64,000 nucleotides of DNA. Source: Amoebophrya sp. A120. Lineage: Eukaryota > Protista > Dinoflagellata. The stretch is taken from assembly GCA_905178155.1 (NCBI GenBank), contig CAJINV010000001.1, positions 15,438,142 to 15,502,141 on the forward strand, in the 5' to 3' direction. The notes under the pieces were generated by a model. That model ran no database searches and was not told where the DNA came from. It was given only the letters and a program-made list of their open reading frames with translations. A program made the position numbers and the translations under genes. Positions 46,280-58,121 of this stretch are shown in pieces. Every line of letters begins with the position of its first letter. Within the stretch, counting starts at the first letter, position 1.

Positions 46280-48668
46280 AACGGGCCCCCAAAACAGGAG
46301 CAGAAGAAACTTGAAAAAAACCTTAAAAAAGCTTGAGCATTTTTGATTTATAGCAATTCAAAAAGCAAAAACCAAGAGGGGCAGCCGGAGGAGAAAAAAA
46401 ACGCACGGAACGGGCGCGATTTCCGGTCTCTGGAAATCGCAATCGCGCCGGCGATTTTGAAAAACTAAGCGAGGTGAACGGCTGGCGCAGATTCAAAATC
46501 AAAGGACTCGAACGGGAGGAATTTTTTTCATTTTATGGCGCGCCAAAATCCAAATCTGTGCTGCAGGAATAGCCATCCATAATTTTCGCGCGAAGGCGCG
46601 CCACTTTCAAAAGTTTACGAGTGCGACTCGGGGCAGATATTTTCCGCAGACATGGGGCAGCATTTCGCACGAACTTGACGGCCGCGGGGCGCGGTTCTTC
46701 TTCATTTGGGTGGGGGCCGCCTCGATGCATTCACTGCGCCGCGTGCGGGGGTGTTCAAAGTCCCTGCCTCGCACGGGCGCCGGCTGCCGGGGTGCCCGAG
46801 CTTGGCGGGCGGTGGGGTTCTGGCTCTTGCGAGGCCTTTTTGTAGTGCCGAAGCGGCCCCACTCGGAAGGCTTGCCGGCACAAAGGGCGGGCGCAGCGGG
46901 CCGTCCTTCCCGGGCCCCCCCGGAGGCCCTTTCATAATACACAAAGCCCCGCGGCCAGCGGGACTGCGCAAGCAGCTTCTGGCCCCCTAGGCTTGTACGC
47001 ATAGGGGCGCCCACGCGCGTGGGCAGGCGGCCTCTTTGTTCCCCGCGCCGTGTTTGCGCGGGTGCGATCCGGCCCGGAAAATGAAGAAAATCAAAAGTGC
47101 CACACCATCGGCCGGAGGGTGTGATAGTATCACACCCTCCCATCAAAAGTATCAGATACTTTTTGCCGCGGTGCTGTCATGCATGCGAAAAAACACGCAG
47201 AACCCGCGTCGACCATGCCATTGGCTCTGGGGTGTGATACTTTTTGGCAGGATGAGTTCACGGAGGCCGAAAATGATGAAAGCGACGCCGGCCATACCGT
47301 GGGCTCTAGGTTGTGATACTTTTTGCCAGGCTGCTACGGCGTTCAAACTTGCAACCCGGCGAAAGTGTTGGCGAAAATGCGTCACCTCCGCCGAAGCATC
47401 TCGGCAACAGGCGAAAACAACTTGGATCTGCCGACGTTTTTGGGCCAAAATCTGAAGGGCTCCGTCCACCATACCACCGGGGCTAGCTTGCGATGGCTTC
47501 CAAGCACGCGACCCGGCTTGCAAGTCTTTTCCAAGTTTATTTCAAGTTTTTGCTGCGATTTCGGCCGCCCGCGGGCGTGCCCAGTTTTGGGCTACTTCCT
47601 GAGGCCTGTCCACGGGCTGACGGAGCCGATTTGCGAGTCGCAAAAGCGGCGGCGCCTTCCGAAGGCGCCGGCCGAACTTGGGAAGGGGGGTAAAGTCCTG
47701 ACTTTTGCTGGTTTTCTTCGCCCATGGTGCCGCCGTGGTAAAAAGTATCACACCCTAGCGCCGCTTGCATGGCGAACGCAGGTTGCCGCGATGGCGAAAG
47801 GGAAAACCTTCGCCCGCGTGCCCGCCCTGCGAAAAAGTATCACGCCCCAGCGCCCATGGTATGGTCGGTCGGGCTTTCCGCCATGCCCCCCGGCTGCTTG
47901 CTAAGCACGCCGCGCCCGCTGGCGCCGCCAGCCTGGGCGCGGCCGGCCCCCTCGCTCGCCGGCCCCGGCGGCCCACGGCGTCCCTTCGTGATTTCTACCG
48001 GCGCGCCGCGGCCGCCCCCGGCCCATCGATCGGCAGGCTGCGCCGGCCATCCGCCAGGGGCGGGCACCGACGAGCCCGGCGCACGCGGGTGCGCCGGGCT
48101 ATTCCCAACAAAGAAAGGGACGAACCAGCGCGCCACCCCTAGCGCCCACCGTCGTCCGCCCGGGCGGGCGCGCCCCCTCCGTGTGGCCTGCCGGCCTTTT
48201 TGGGGCATCTATCAGGCTCGGCGTTCTTTTCGGCATTGGCGGCGCGGAGCCAGCTTCTCGCCAGTGATCGGGCGGATTGATTAGTGGTGGGCGCGTTCTG
48301 CTTTCTCTAGGTATAACGAAAAAGCAGCGAAGGCGGCACCCAAAACAATCCGCGCCCGGTCTAAATCTCGACAATAGGCAGCTTTGGCTGGAGCGGCCAA
48401 CTGTCCGGATTCGGATCGTGTTTTGATTTCAAAGCAAAGCGGTTTTGGTTCCTGGCATTAAACGCGAAAAACAATACGAAGAGGCACAGAAAGCGTCGCG
48501 CCGTGCCATAGCTTGTCCTCCTGTTGTTGGTTTCAAAGTTGGGCGCGTCACAGGTGCGCTCACAGAACAGCTCACTTTGAAGCCGTCGCGACCCTCTCGA
48601 ATATGGGTCGCGCAAGTCTTTGGCAACTTGGTTGCAAGTTTCGATCTCCATAAAATTGGGGGTCCGTT
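46280..48668. other. GC-rich non-coding island, possibly a non-autonomous mobile or structural element
   Basis: Composition shifts abruptly to G/C runs mixed with A/T tracts; only short low-complexity ORFs. Bounded by a 12/13 inverted match, AACGGGCCCCCAA (46280-46292) / TTGGGGGTCCGTT (48656-48668); no clear TSD. Confidence 0.4.
47093..47866. repeat. Array of about 9 full or partial AAAAAGTATCACACCC motifs, with palindromes and nested ~40-bp inverted repeats
   Basis: GGAGGGTGTGATA-G-TATCACACCCTCC (47114-47140); AAAAGTATC-A-GATACTTTT (47145-47163); units at ~47211-47251 and ~47291-47330 are inverted relative to ~47732-47773 and ~47826-47866. Confidence 0.85.
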
Positions 48669-49289
48669 CCACCAGTAATGTGGTAAGAGCCGACTGCTTA
48701 TTTTCTTGTGAGCACTGCGGCTGCGGCTGCGCTGCACTAGTATTCTATCCGGGCTGCAAAGTTTCTTTTTGTTCAAGCTGATGCTGAACGAGAGAGTGAA
48801 GACGTGAAATTTAGAGAGTAAAGTGAATGGTGGGCCGCGAGATTATGCTCCGCCGCAGAGAAACAGAACCAGAAGCCGAAACGTGTATGGTTGACTCAAC
48901 CGAAGAACAAAGTCATGATAAACAAGAAATAGTAAGTGCGCAGGTCCCTGTGTCGCCAAGCGCGCCCGGTTGCGCGCTCGTATGGTTTTTTTTTGTTGCG
49001 CAGGAGTAGGAGTACCATTCGCAGCTCGTTGTTCTTTTTTTTTCGACATTGTTGTATATGCTGACACACGCCATGCCGCTTTACCTTCACGCTTTCTCTT
49101 TCAATTTCAAACTGACGCAGAAGTAGATCATTGGTTCTTTTCACCTCACTTGAAGAGCAACGCAGTTACAACTACGCCGCATAGAGAGTAAGTGCCTAGG
49201 TTCTTTTTAAGTAAGTAGTTCTCCTTCTTCAACTTTATTTTTGAGTAATTTTCTGCAAACCAGTGTGAGCAGATATAGAGTGGAGAAAA

Positions 49290-51528
49290 ATGGCGGTCGA
49301 AATAACCGAGACCGGTCGCGTTGTATCATCTGGGAGTTCTGTTTCTCTTTCGTCATGGTCTGCTTTTTTGCCTGGTTTGCGGAGCACCAGCGGTGAAGTT
49401 GGTTCTCCAAGTCGTGGAGCGGTGTCATCGTCTTTTCCACGCCCAAGACAACCGGCAGAAAACTACGAAAAAGCTAGAGTGGACGGCATGGAAACCTCGT
49501 TTATTGCATCGGCGTCTCGGAGGTGGATTTCTGGCAACGGAACAAGAATACGTTCGTCCGCGGCTTCGCAATCTTTACCGACGCGCATGGCGAGACGACT
49601 ACGACACAGAAAGAATAAAGAACGAAGCAGGTGGCACAGCGATGTCGCCAAGCCTGCACCTAGTGAACTTAAGACTGTGCAACTGAAGTTTGTGGTCGAT
49701 CCGGCAGCTGCTACTACCCGCAATGTGAACGAGCAGGAGCCCGAGCCTGACAAGGCCGTCTTCCCCATCGTAACAAGAGCGCGCTCTGCTCTAGCAAGAC
49801 TTGCGGGCCATGCGGCCATCACTGGCAAAGAAATCGCACCTGTGCTGCGGACTTGTTCCACGCGCCAACGAAAGCGGTGCAAGAGAACGCAAAAGACTTC
49901 TACTTTCCCTTCGCTGAGGTCCTTTTGGATAACGACTGTGGTAACGGTTTCCGCGTTTTTGAGTGAAGACCCCTGTGGCTTGTTTGGCGACTCTGCCTTC
50001 GAAGACGCGGACGAGTTCTACGAGTGCGCCGCCCGCTTTCTCGTTTCGCACGAGGACACTCTACGAAAGACGCGGGACTACGGGCTGGCCGGTGGGTATA
50101 AGGCGACCATCCAGCGGCTGTGGTACCTAAGACGGGATGACCTCGCCGAAAAGATCTTCAATCAGGCCAAGGCGAAAAAAGGACTGACGTGGCCTTCGGT
50201 ATGATGAATTCGATTTGATTATTGATTTATCAAGATGCGTGATGAATACTGCTGCGTGGTCGAGGCGCGGGCGCCCACAATTATGGCGAACCTGTATTAA
50301 CATTTAGTGACATACAAAACTCCTCATGACACTTAGGTATACTGGACACCCACCGTATTTTTCGAAGAAGCCGACCAAGGCAGTACGGGACTCTACGATT
50401 GCGAACGCGCCTGGGACGGTGACAGTATCTCGAACTTCGCATGGCCGTCCGGCCCGTCGGGCAAGGGCGGCCGGGACGGAAAAGGCAAGGGAGTGCAGAA
50501 ATCTTCGGCAACTGGAAAAGAGAAAAGCGTAGGAGCTTCTTTGGTTTCTTCCCACACGACGGCACTTCCTCGCACGCTGCCGCAATTGCTAAAGGAGAAC
50601 TTTTCCGCACTGAAGAAAGAGTACATGTCCGTGCCCCGCTCGTTGTTTCAACCTGCCTTCTCGTATCTGGACCGCGACGGGTCTTGGGAGGTGCTTTGGG
50701 TCTACCGCAAGTCGCGCTGGGAGAACGAGGAGCTGTGTGCGCAGTACCTGCCGGGGTTGTGCGCGCTGCTGAAGCAGGTGCTTCCGTCGCCAGAAGCATC
50801 TGACTACCCTTCCGTCCGTTGCCGGTTCCTCGGTTTGAAAGGAAAGGAATGCGATAAAAAAGTCCGTAAGTCGGCGGATTCGAGCATGCAGAAACTGCTA
50901 AATTCGCGAGCCGAAGCGCTAGACAACACCGAGGAAGTTCTGTTTCTCCGCATGCAGGGCAGCGCGCGCACCTCGCCGCATTGCGGTCGCTCGAATTCGC
51001 AGGTCAACCTCCACTTGACGCTCGAAACGCCACAGAGTATATGACTTTGCTTCTTTTACGTTTGGAAACCTATCAAAGTTTTTAGCAAGTGATTCAGAAA
51101 TAACCCAAGCCGTAGCCGTCAACACCGTCTGTATCTGTCTACGGACTAGGATAGTTTGAGCGCTTCAGAAGCAAAACCATGCTCAAGATAAACCCTTTTT
51201 CTATTTCTTTTTTGCAATCTCTATCTCTTCAGGCTCCAGTTCAAAAGCTTTGCTCACGGTGGGCGAGGAAAGCGTGGAGCAGGTAGCGGGAAGCATGTAC
51301 TGTTTCAACGACGGAATGCGCCACATTGCGGAGTTTACTAATCCCGAGAAAACCGGCGTCCGGACCGTGTTGGTCATCCGGGTCACCAAATTTCAAGCGA
51401 AGTCCGCCGCCATCTCCGCCACAGAGTCCGTCCGACAAGCGACATTGCCTGCTTCCACGGACGTGAATACCAGGGCTGCTGGGTCTAGTTGGGTGGATGA
51501 AGCTTCAGGCCGCACCGACGAGTTGTAA
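49290..51528 (+). CDS. Aspartyl/asparaginyl beta-hydroxylase-like 2OG-Fe(II) dioxygenase; exons 49290-50198, 50337-51036, 51233-51528
   Basis: LKENFSALKKEY, GSWEVLWVY, PHCGRSNSQVNLHLTL, LTVGEE, CFNDGMRH, RTVLVI match the ASPH catalytic domain with both metal-binding His; internal hydrophobic segment. Start uncertain. Confidence 0.82.
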
Positions 51529-52574
51529 TTGTATTGTTCTTCGGCGGGGGCGGCATAACAGGACGAGGAGTTGCTTCGAACTATTTCTATTGGGGTACGT
51601 CGCAGTCTCCGGTTCTGCCGGTTCGTTCTGGGGGTCGTGACAGGAATCGGCATGTCGATCAACGGAACGAACAGAAAAAGTTGTATTACACCCGAATGAG
51701 ACGCTCCTCCGTACCCCTGGTTGTTCTTTAGCGGGCGTTGTCGAGGGGCTCTCTTGCATACCAAATTTTTTATTTGAAGACAGCAGTTCTTAGTTACTCT
51801 CGCCCAGGTAGTTCTTTTTGACGCCATACTCATGAACCGCTTCGCCTCATGAAAACTTTTCATGGCAGCTAACTCAGTTCTTGATGTCCAAATCAATCGT
51901 ACGGCCCGTTCTCAGATGAAGATGAAGTTCAGAATTGTTGGAGAAACGCAATTCTGAGATGAACTTCTCCGGCAAAGTGTAATGTTCGTGCCTTTGTTTG
52001 CCAATAGCAACGAATACGAATACGAAATCGTAAGACAGAAAGATCACGACGACCCTGCACCTCCAAATTTGACAGCACCAACACAAGAAGAAATTGCTAA
52101 AGAAAGTGAGTTCAGCCTCTTTGCCGATCCGTACACCCAAATGTTGAAGATCAGTATCATGATGATGCCTCCAGTCCTTATGGATCTGTTACTTCAACGA
52201 TCTAGATGACCATTGCTCGGTAATTTCGAGCGCTTTATTGATTGCGATCAGAATTCGTGCAGCACTACTTCTGGAAAAATTCTTTTCCATGATGTCATTT
52301 TTGTCTCTCAGGTTCGTTGAGGCGGTACATAACAGATCTAGCTCTAGGAATTCATTTCTGTATCCGCTGGAGAATATTCACGACATCTTTTGGTCATCTA
52401 CTGTACCTGTACCATCCGACAATAACAAAAAAAGTGAATCATTGTTCTATGAAAGAACCTCATCAAAAAAATGGTGATATACGACGACTTCTGTTCCGAG
52501 ATAGTGTTTTGAAGTTGGATACGGTCGTATTTACCAAAGTCGAACCGCCCATTTAGTATTAGCACTCGCGAAAA

Positions 52575-55500
52575 ATGGGCAATAAAAATAGGTTTCGACA
52601 CCAGGGTGGGCAGCACCCTGCCCGGCACAACGGTGGTGGGTTCCATCGGAATGGAAACAGCAATTTCGTCCCGGGCAATAGTGTGATCAAATCGTTTGAC
52701 AAGCAGCATAACTTCCCGAACAACAGCAACAAACCGCATGGAGGAGCAGGCTCAAACCCAACAATATCATCGTCTTCAACAAATAAATCGCGGTCGTCGC
52801 CTGCGCGAAAAGTCGGCTTGATAAACCCCCGATTTTTCTGCTTCTACAACAGTTTGCTGCAATGTCTGTACCACACCGACGATTTTAGAGAATACGTACT
52901 CTCGGACACCGCGAGCCGCGACCTCCGAAACGCGACAGAGCGAAATAGCTCGATTCCGCTCGATGCGAAGAAAAGTGGCTGTCCTCTCGGGGACCACAGG
53001 CGAAAACTGGTGCGCGTCCAGGAGGACCTTCGCAGCCTGTTTCACAGCATGAACAACTGTCCCAGGAACGCACTGAAACCCAGTGATCAGCTGGTATTTT
53101 TACTAATTTCACGCTCGAGAAGTTTCAGGATTTTGAAACACGGTATTGCTCTGAGTTCGCCTCGAATTTCTGACATGAGCATCACAAGGTCCACAAACCG
53201 CAGCTTTTGATGTTGCGTGATCCAACGCATTTTTGCAGTTTTCGAAAACCAAATTTCATCAGATTCAGAAGCTGTTCCAGGGGAGAAATCACCACCGCTT
53301 GATGCAGGACTCTCACGAACTGTTTAACCGAGTGATGGCGCGTTCACACGAAGAAGTCTGCCCGCAAGCGGACCGCCGCAGTGAGGTGGAGAAGCACAGT
53401 TTCGGGCCGTACACGGTTTTCGGAGGCTTTCTGCAGCAGAGCGTCGTGTGCCAGAAATGCCATACGGTACTTACGTCGCTTGGGATTGTAGTTAGATGCA
53501 TCCCGAACGCAGATGCAGAAAATGTGAAGTCTCACTCCTATGGTCATGTCCTGCGTGTTGAATAATTGCGGCCAACTCGACATTGCAGCAGTGTTTTTCT
53601 TTTTCTCCAAAATAAGTACGACAACTTGATCAAAAAAAAACAGGCTTCCAAGCGCACTGATCCTGTGATGGAAATTTCTTTGAGCTTTCCCGTCGAGCAG
53701 AGGAACGGAGGTGGGCGGTCGTTTGGGAACAACAGGAATCGCATTCAGATGCAGCAGCAGCAGCAGCACGGTGGCGGAAGCCAGAAAGTCAGTGTGTACG
53801 ACCTGTTGCAGCACTACTTCAGGAAGGAGCACCTGTGTGGAGAAAACAAGTAATTTGAATTCCGCATTTCTTGTTCCTAATACCATGCATGGAATTCGTC
53901 CTCGACCCGGAAAAAACCTATGTACATTAAGCTGAAACATCGCAACAATGGAACATCATCCTCTTTTTCAGGTATCTTTGTTCGCACTGCAAGAGCAAGC
54001 AGAACGCGACCAAATTCCAGCAAATCCACCAGATTCCGAAGCACATGGTTTTTCATTTGAAGCAATACGACGACTGCGGCCGCAAGGTGAACAAAAAGAT
54101 CGAGTTGCCGCAAGTCATCAAAATGGGCAAATACACTACGGCACCCGATGAGGAGTGTGAGTACCAGCTTTACGCGACCCTACACCACAGCGGCGCGACG
54201 ACCCAGGACGGCCACTACTACTCGTTCACGCGTGACGGGGCAGAGTGGTACTATCAAAACTAGTTTTACTAGGCGTGGTTCTACTATGTGAAATGCAGTT
54301 CTTCACCTACATGCCGTGGACGAGCATGTGATGTTTCATAGGAAAAGGTCATGGCAGAGTAAGCAAGGCTATTCCACCAAGCCCCAAGTACTCGACGCAA
54401 CTTGATTCCCACTATCTCTATCTACCAAACTAACAGGACCTGCTTCGACGATTGCCGAGTGAGCCGGAGTTCGTATGAACAGGCGACGAAATACAACATT
54501 TCTCAGGGGCGGGGAATGTTTGGCGGTAATATCACCGGCCCGTACATGGCTTTTTACGAGTTAGTGAAAGGAAAACCGCGCAGCCTCCTGGAGGAGGAAA
54601 TGTCGCAGAAGTGCAAGAAGGCGAATTTGGACAAGAAAATCAAACAGCGCGCCGCGCAGGCTGCTGGCGGCGTGGAGAGGGAAAAAGGGAGGTCCGCCTC
54701 CGTCACTGCTGGCGGTGCGGCTGGACCGGATGGTATTCAAGTTAAGGTCGAAATTAACGGTTTGAAATGTAAAAAAGAGAAGCCATCAGCAGTGTGCGGA
54801 AGCAAGGAGGAACCGCATGAACAGGATCTGCAGAAACAAAGCCCAGTTGTCGCTAGTACCCCCGCAGCTCAAGCGCAGCTCCCAGGCGACCAAACGTCCT
54901 CGGTCACAAAGCAAAGCAAAAAAGAGAGAAAGCTGATGTTGAAGAAGTTGAAAAGAGCTGCTCTTCTAGAAAAGGACCCGGCTGCGGCTGCCAACGATTC
55001 CCCTGAAGTTGAAACGACATCAAGTACGACTGCAAAACCGAATGAAGAAAAGAAGCGCGACGTCGCGACTGCTAGTTCCAATACTTCCGACACAGTTCTA
55101 CCCCCTGCACTACAATCTCAACTACCTGGTGCTAAAGCGACTGCACCCGCCACCAGCGCGACGTCATCTACTTCCTCTGCTCTACCGGCGACTGTTCGAC
55201 CATTGAACACTTCCAACTCCTCGTCTGGAAAAATTATGTTAGCAACACCTTGCCTGCTCCAAGGCGAAAAGAAAGAAACCTCCGCTAACGCCGCAACAGA
55301 AGCTAATAGTTCCGGCGCTGCACCAGCACCACCAACTTTGCAACAACTTGCCTCAGATCAGACGAACGAAACCAAAGTGAAGAACAAAGGTAGTCGTGCC
55401 ACTTCTTCTAAGCACGACGTCGAGGCAAGTGCCACATCCTCCACGACCGCAGGAGGAGAACCGCTTTCCCGCTCTTGCTCTGCGACATCGGAAGCGGCGC

Positions 55501-57131
55501 AGCAGGTGAGCCACCCGAATGCAATTACCGGCATTGTCCGACCCGGCACAACAGCGGCCTCCTCCTCCAGTACAGGAGGATCTTCAACTGTGGGCAGCTC
55601 CACTCTGCAGCTGACTTCCAATTCTTCCTGTGGAGCGGATCAGATCGATGTGACTCCCTCGACCGCAGCTGGATCCCCGTCGTACGGCAACGGAGGCGCA
55701 GGGGAATCGTCGGTAGAAGAACCGAAGACGGAGCCCCCTGCGGCGGTCTCTGAGCCTCGCATCGAAGAGAAAATCGCTGTCGCTGGGAGCTGCGGCTCTT
55801 GTTCGTCATCGTCTGGTCTGTCTGGATCTACACCGTCTGAAGCGGGTGCGTCTGCAAAGAAGCGGAGACCACCGAGCTGCAGAGATGACAAAAGAGATGA
55901 CGAAGTTGTTGAACGACCGAGTGCAACCGCAACGGCAACATCTGTTGCTGGTGGCGTGGAAGTAGAAGAGCCTCCAAGAAAGAAGAAAAAGAAAAGACAA
56001 GAAGCGAAGGAGGCTCGCGAGGCGACAAAAGATGAGCGAGAAGTTCTCCGAAAGCAGCTGCAGTTGTCAGACGCGAAGAAACTTGTCGTGCGTGATGAAG
56101 CAGCGCCTGTACAAATTTCTAGGGACCAGGCACCAGCAGCAGCCGCAGTTGTTTCGAGCAAAGCAGTCTCCGTGGGTGAAGAAATGTTGTCGATGCACCA
56201 GGACCACGCGAGGCAAGCTGCAGCTGAAGCATCGACTTCGTCAGCCGCAGCAACGACTGAAAAGAAAAAGAAAAAAAAGAAAAGAAGCAGAACGTCAGAA
56301 GTGAGTCAATCAAGGCTCCACCTGTGTGAAGAGGGAGAGGATCACGCTGCTGATGCTGTGGAGATGAAGAAATCCAGCGCTACATCAACATCCGCCACGT
56401 CAATAGAAGCTGAAGTGCATGATCAGAAGAGCGAGCTTGATACGGAGCCTGTCGAACCCGAAAAGAAGAGAAAGGTGAAGAAAAGCAAAAGACGGAGCAC
56501 CTCAAGTGCCAGCTCTATGATGAAGGACAAGATTCCAGAGCCAGAGCAGATCGTCGATGGAAACCGCGACGTCAACTCTGCTCGACCGACTTCCGATAAA
56601 ACCGGAGCTACTGAAAGAAAACCTGTCGACGGGAAAGATGGAGACAAGGTAAATTCTCAAACCGTGGTGGCTACATCGAGAAACGAAGACTCTAAGGGCG
56701 CAGCGTCAGCCCCGGTTCTCTCGGACATTACTCATTCCAGCGAACAAGGAACGAAAACCGATGCTCAGGGGCCATCGAGGAAAGCTGCAAAGAAACTTAA
56801 AAAAGGAGATGTTGACTACAGAAAACGAAAATCAGGGGATCACAATACCCAATATGGGCTCAATTCCGTGTCTGCTTGGTCGTCCGATGAAGAAGTAGAA
56901 AATGGCCCACAAAAGAAGCTGGTATCGAGTGCCAATTCCGATTTCCGAAAGATCCAACGGCAACTGCAGCCCAGCATTGTCCAGCGAGATGCGCATGATA
57001 TCGAATACGATCAGGGTAAGCGCAAGCACAAAGCAAAGAATAAGATGCGACAAAATTTCCAGGGCCACCAGGAGGGCTTCAATAGTGCTGGGCTGTGGAA
57101 ATTTGAGCAGCGAAAAAGCAATCGGCACTAA
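52575..57131 (+). CDS. Ubiquitin-specific protease, USP36/42-like; exons approx. 52575-53093, 53263-53466, 53644-53849, 53972-54247, 54437-57131
   Basis: Cys box GLINPRFFCFYNSLLQCL, QDSHE, CxxC pairs, His box YQLYATLHHSGATTQDGHYYSF, WTCFDD; Lys-rich tail ending in RDAHDIEYDQGKRKH as in USP36-type nucleolar DUBs. Four GT-AG introns. Confidence 0.88.
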
Positions 57132-58121
57132 GCGAAAATTGCTTGAACAAATTGCCCGCCTTGCGAAATGTATGTTTTACTGCGACGACATAAATAAAGA
57201 AAAAGAAAAACTGCACAGAAGAAGCGAATTATATGCAAAGGACTGCAATAAAAATAAATCCAAATGATGAGGGTGTTCTGGAGGTTTCAAAGACAGAGTG
57301 GGCCGGCGGGGTCTCATTGTAAAAGAGGCCCCAACCGGTCGCGGAAGTGATGCGTTTTTGGCTTTAAAACAGTAAGTAGCGCCAACATCCAAGAACAAGT
57401 AGCATGTTTGTGCCCTTAAGCCCAGTGGATCATAATCATACCTCTTAGCATGGTGGACCCGATCTAAATCTGCGTCTACATCTATCAAAATATTGCTCAG
57501 CATCAATTTAGATAGTACTATGTGGCTTTGCTTTCTTTGGAAACGACGGGCGCGGGTCAATGCAATAAATTGCGTACAAATTTTTACGAGCGATCATAAT
57601 TGCAGAAAATTATGCTGCAGCTGTGCAATCAATATCAAAATCATAACTTGAAATTATCTTGCTTTTCACCAAAACGAAATTCTTTCTTTTGCATGGATTT
57701 TTTGATCGTTCTTCTTACTTTTAGACGTAAAAAATGTTTAGCTGGTTCAAGAGAGATTTAATGTTAACCCGTGTCGTCTTCCTGCGCTTCAGTTTCAGAA
57801 TTCTACACTCGTGCATGATTTTTTTTGTCCGCCCAAAAAACTCTCACCAGGCCCGCGACCACACAGGACTATCTCCCACCCTTCCTGTGTGCACTTGTAC
57901 CTGTTTTGAAAGCAACTGGAAGCACAGCGAACGCATATGAGAAGCAATAAAAATTGACACTGATATGATAGTAGTGCTAGCAAGTCGACAGTGAAGAACA
58001 AGTACAAGTAGAACTAGAAGACAGCGGGAATTAAGTAATGCGAAGAGTACTTAGTAGTCCGAGCTTGCAGATGAATTATAACAAGTAAGAAGGTACTTTT
58101 TGATATCTCCTTCTCACCAAG

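Noticed and set aside
47093-47866. Possible CRISPR array
   Set aside because: Repeats occur in both orientations with irregular spacing, the context is eukaryotic, and no cas genes are present.
46607-48374. Many overlapping 100-190-aa ORFs in the GC-rich island
   Set aside because: Pro/Arg/Gly/Ala-rich products expected from high GC; no transposase, reverse transcriptase or other motif.
57301-57341. GC-rich imperfect hairpin downstream of the USP gene
   Set aside because: Short and imperfect, with no tRNA/snRNA/snoRNA hallmarks recognisable.
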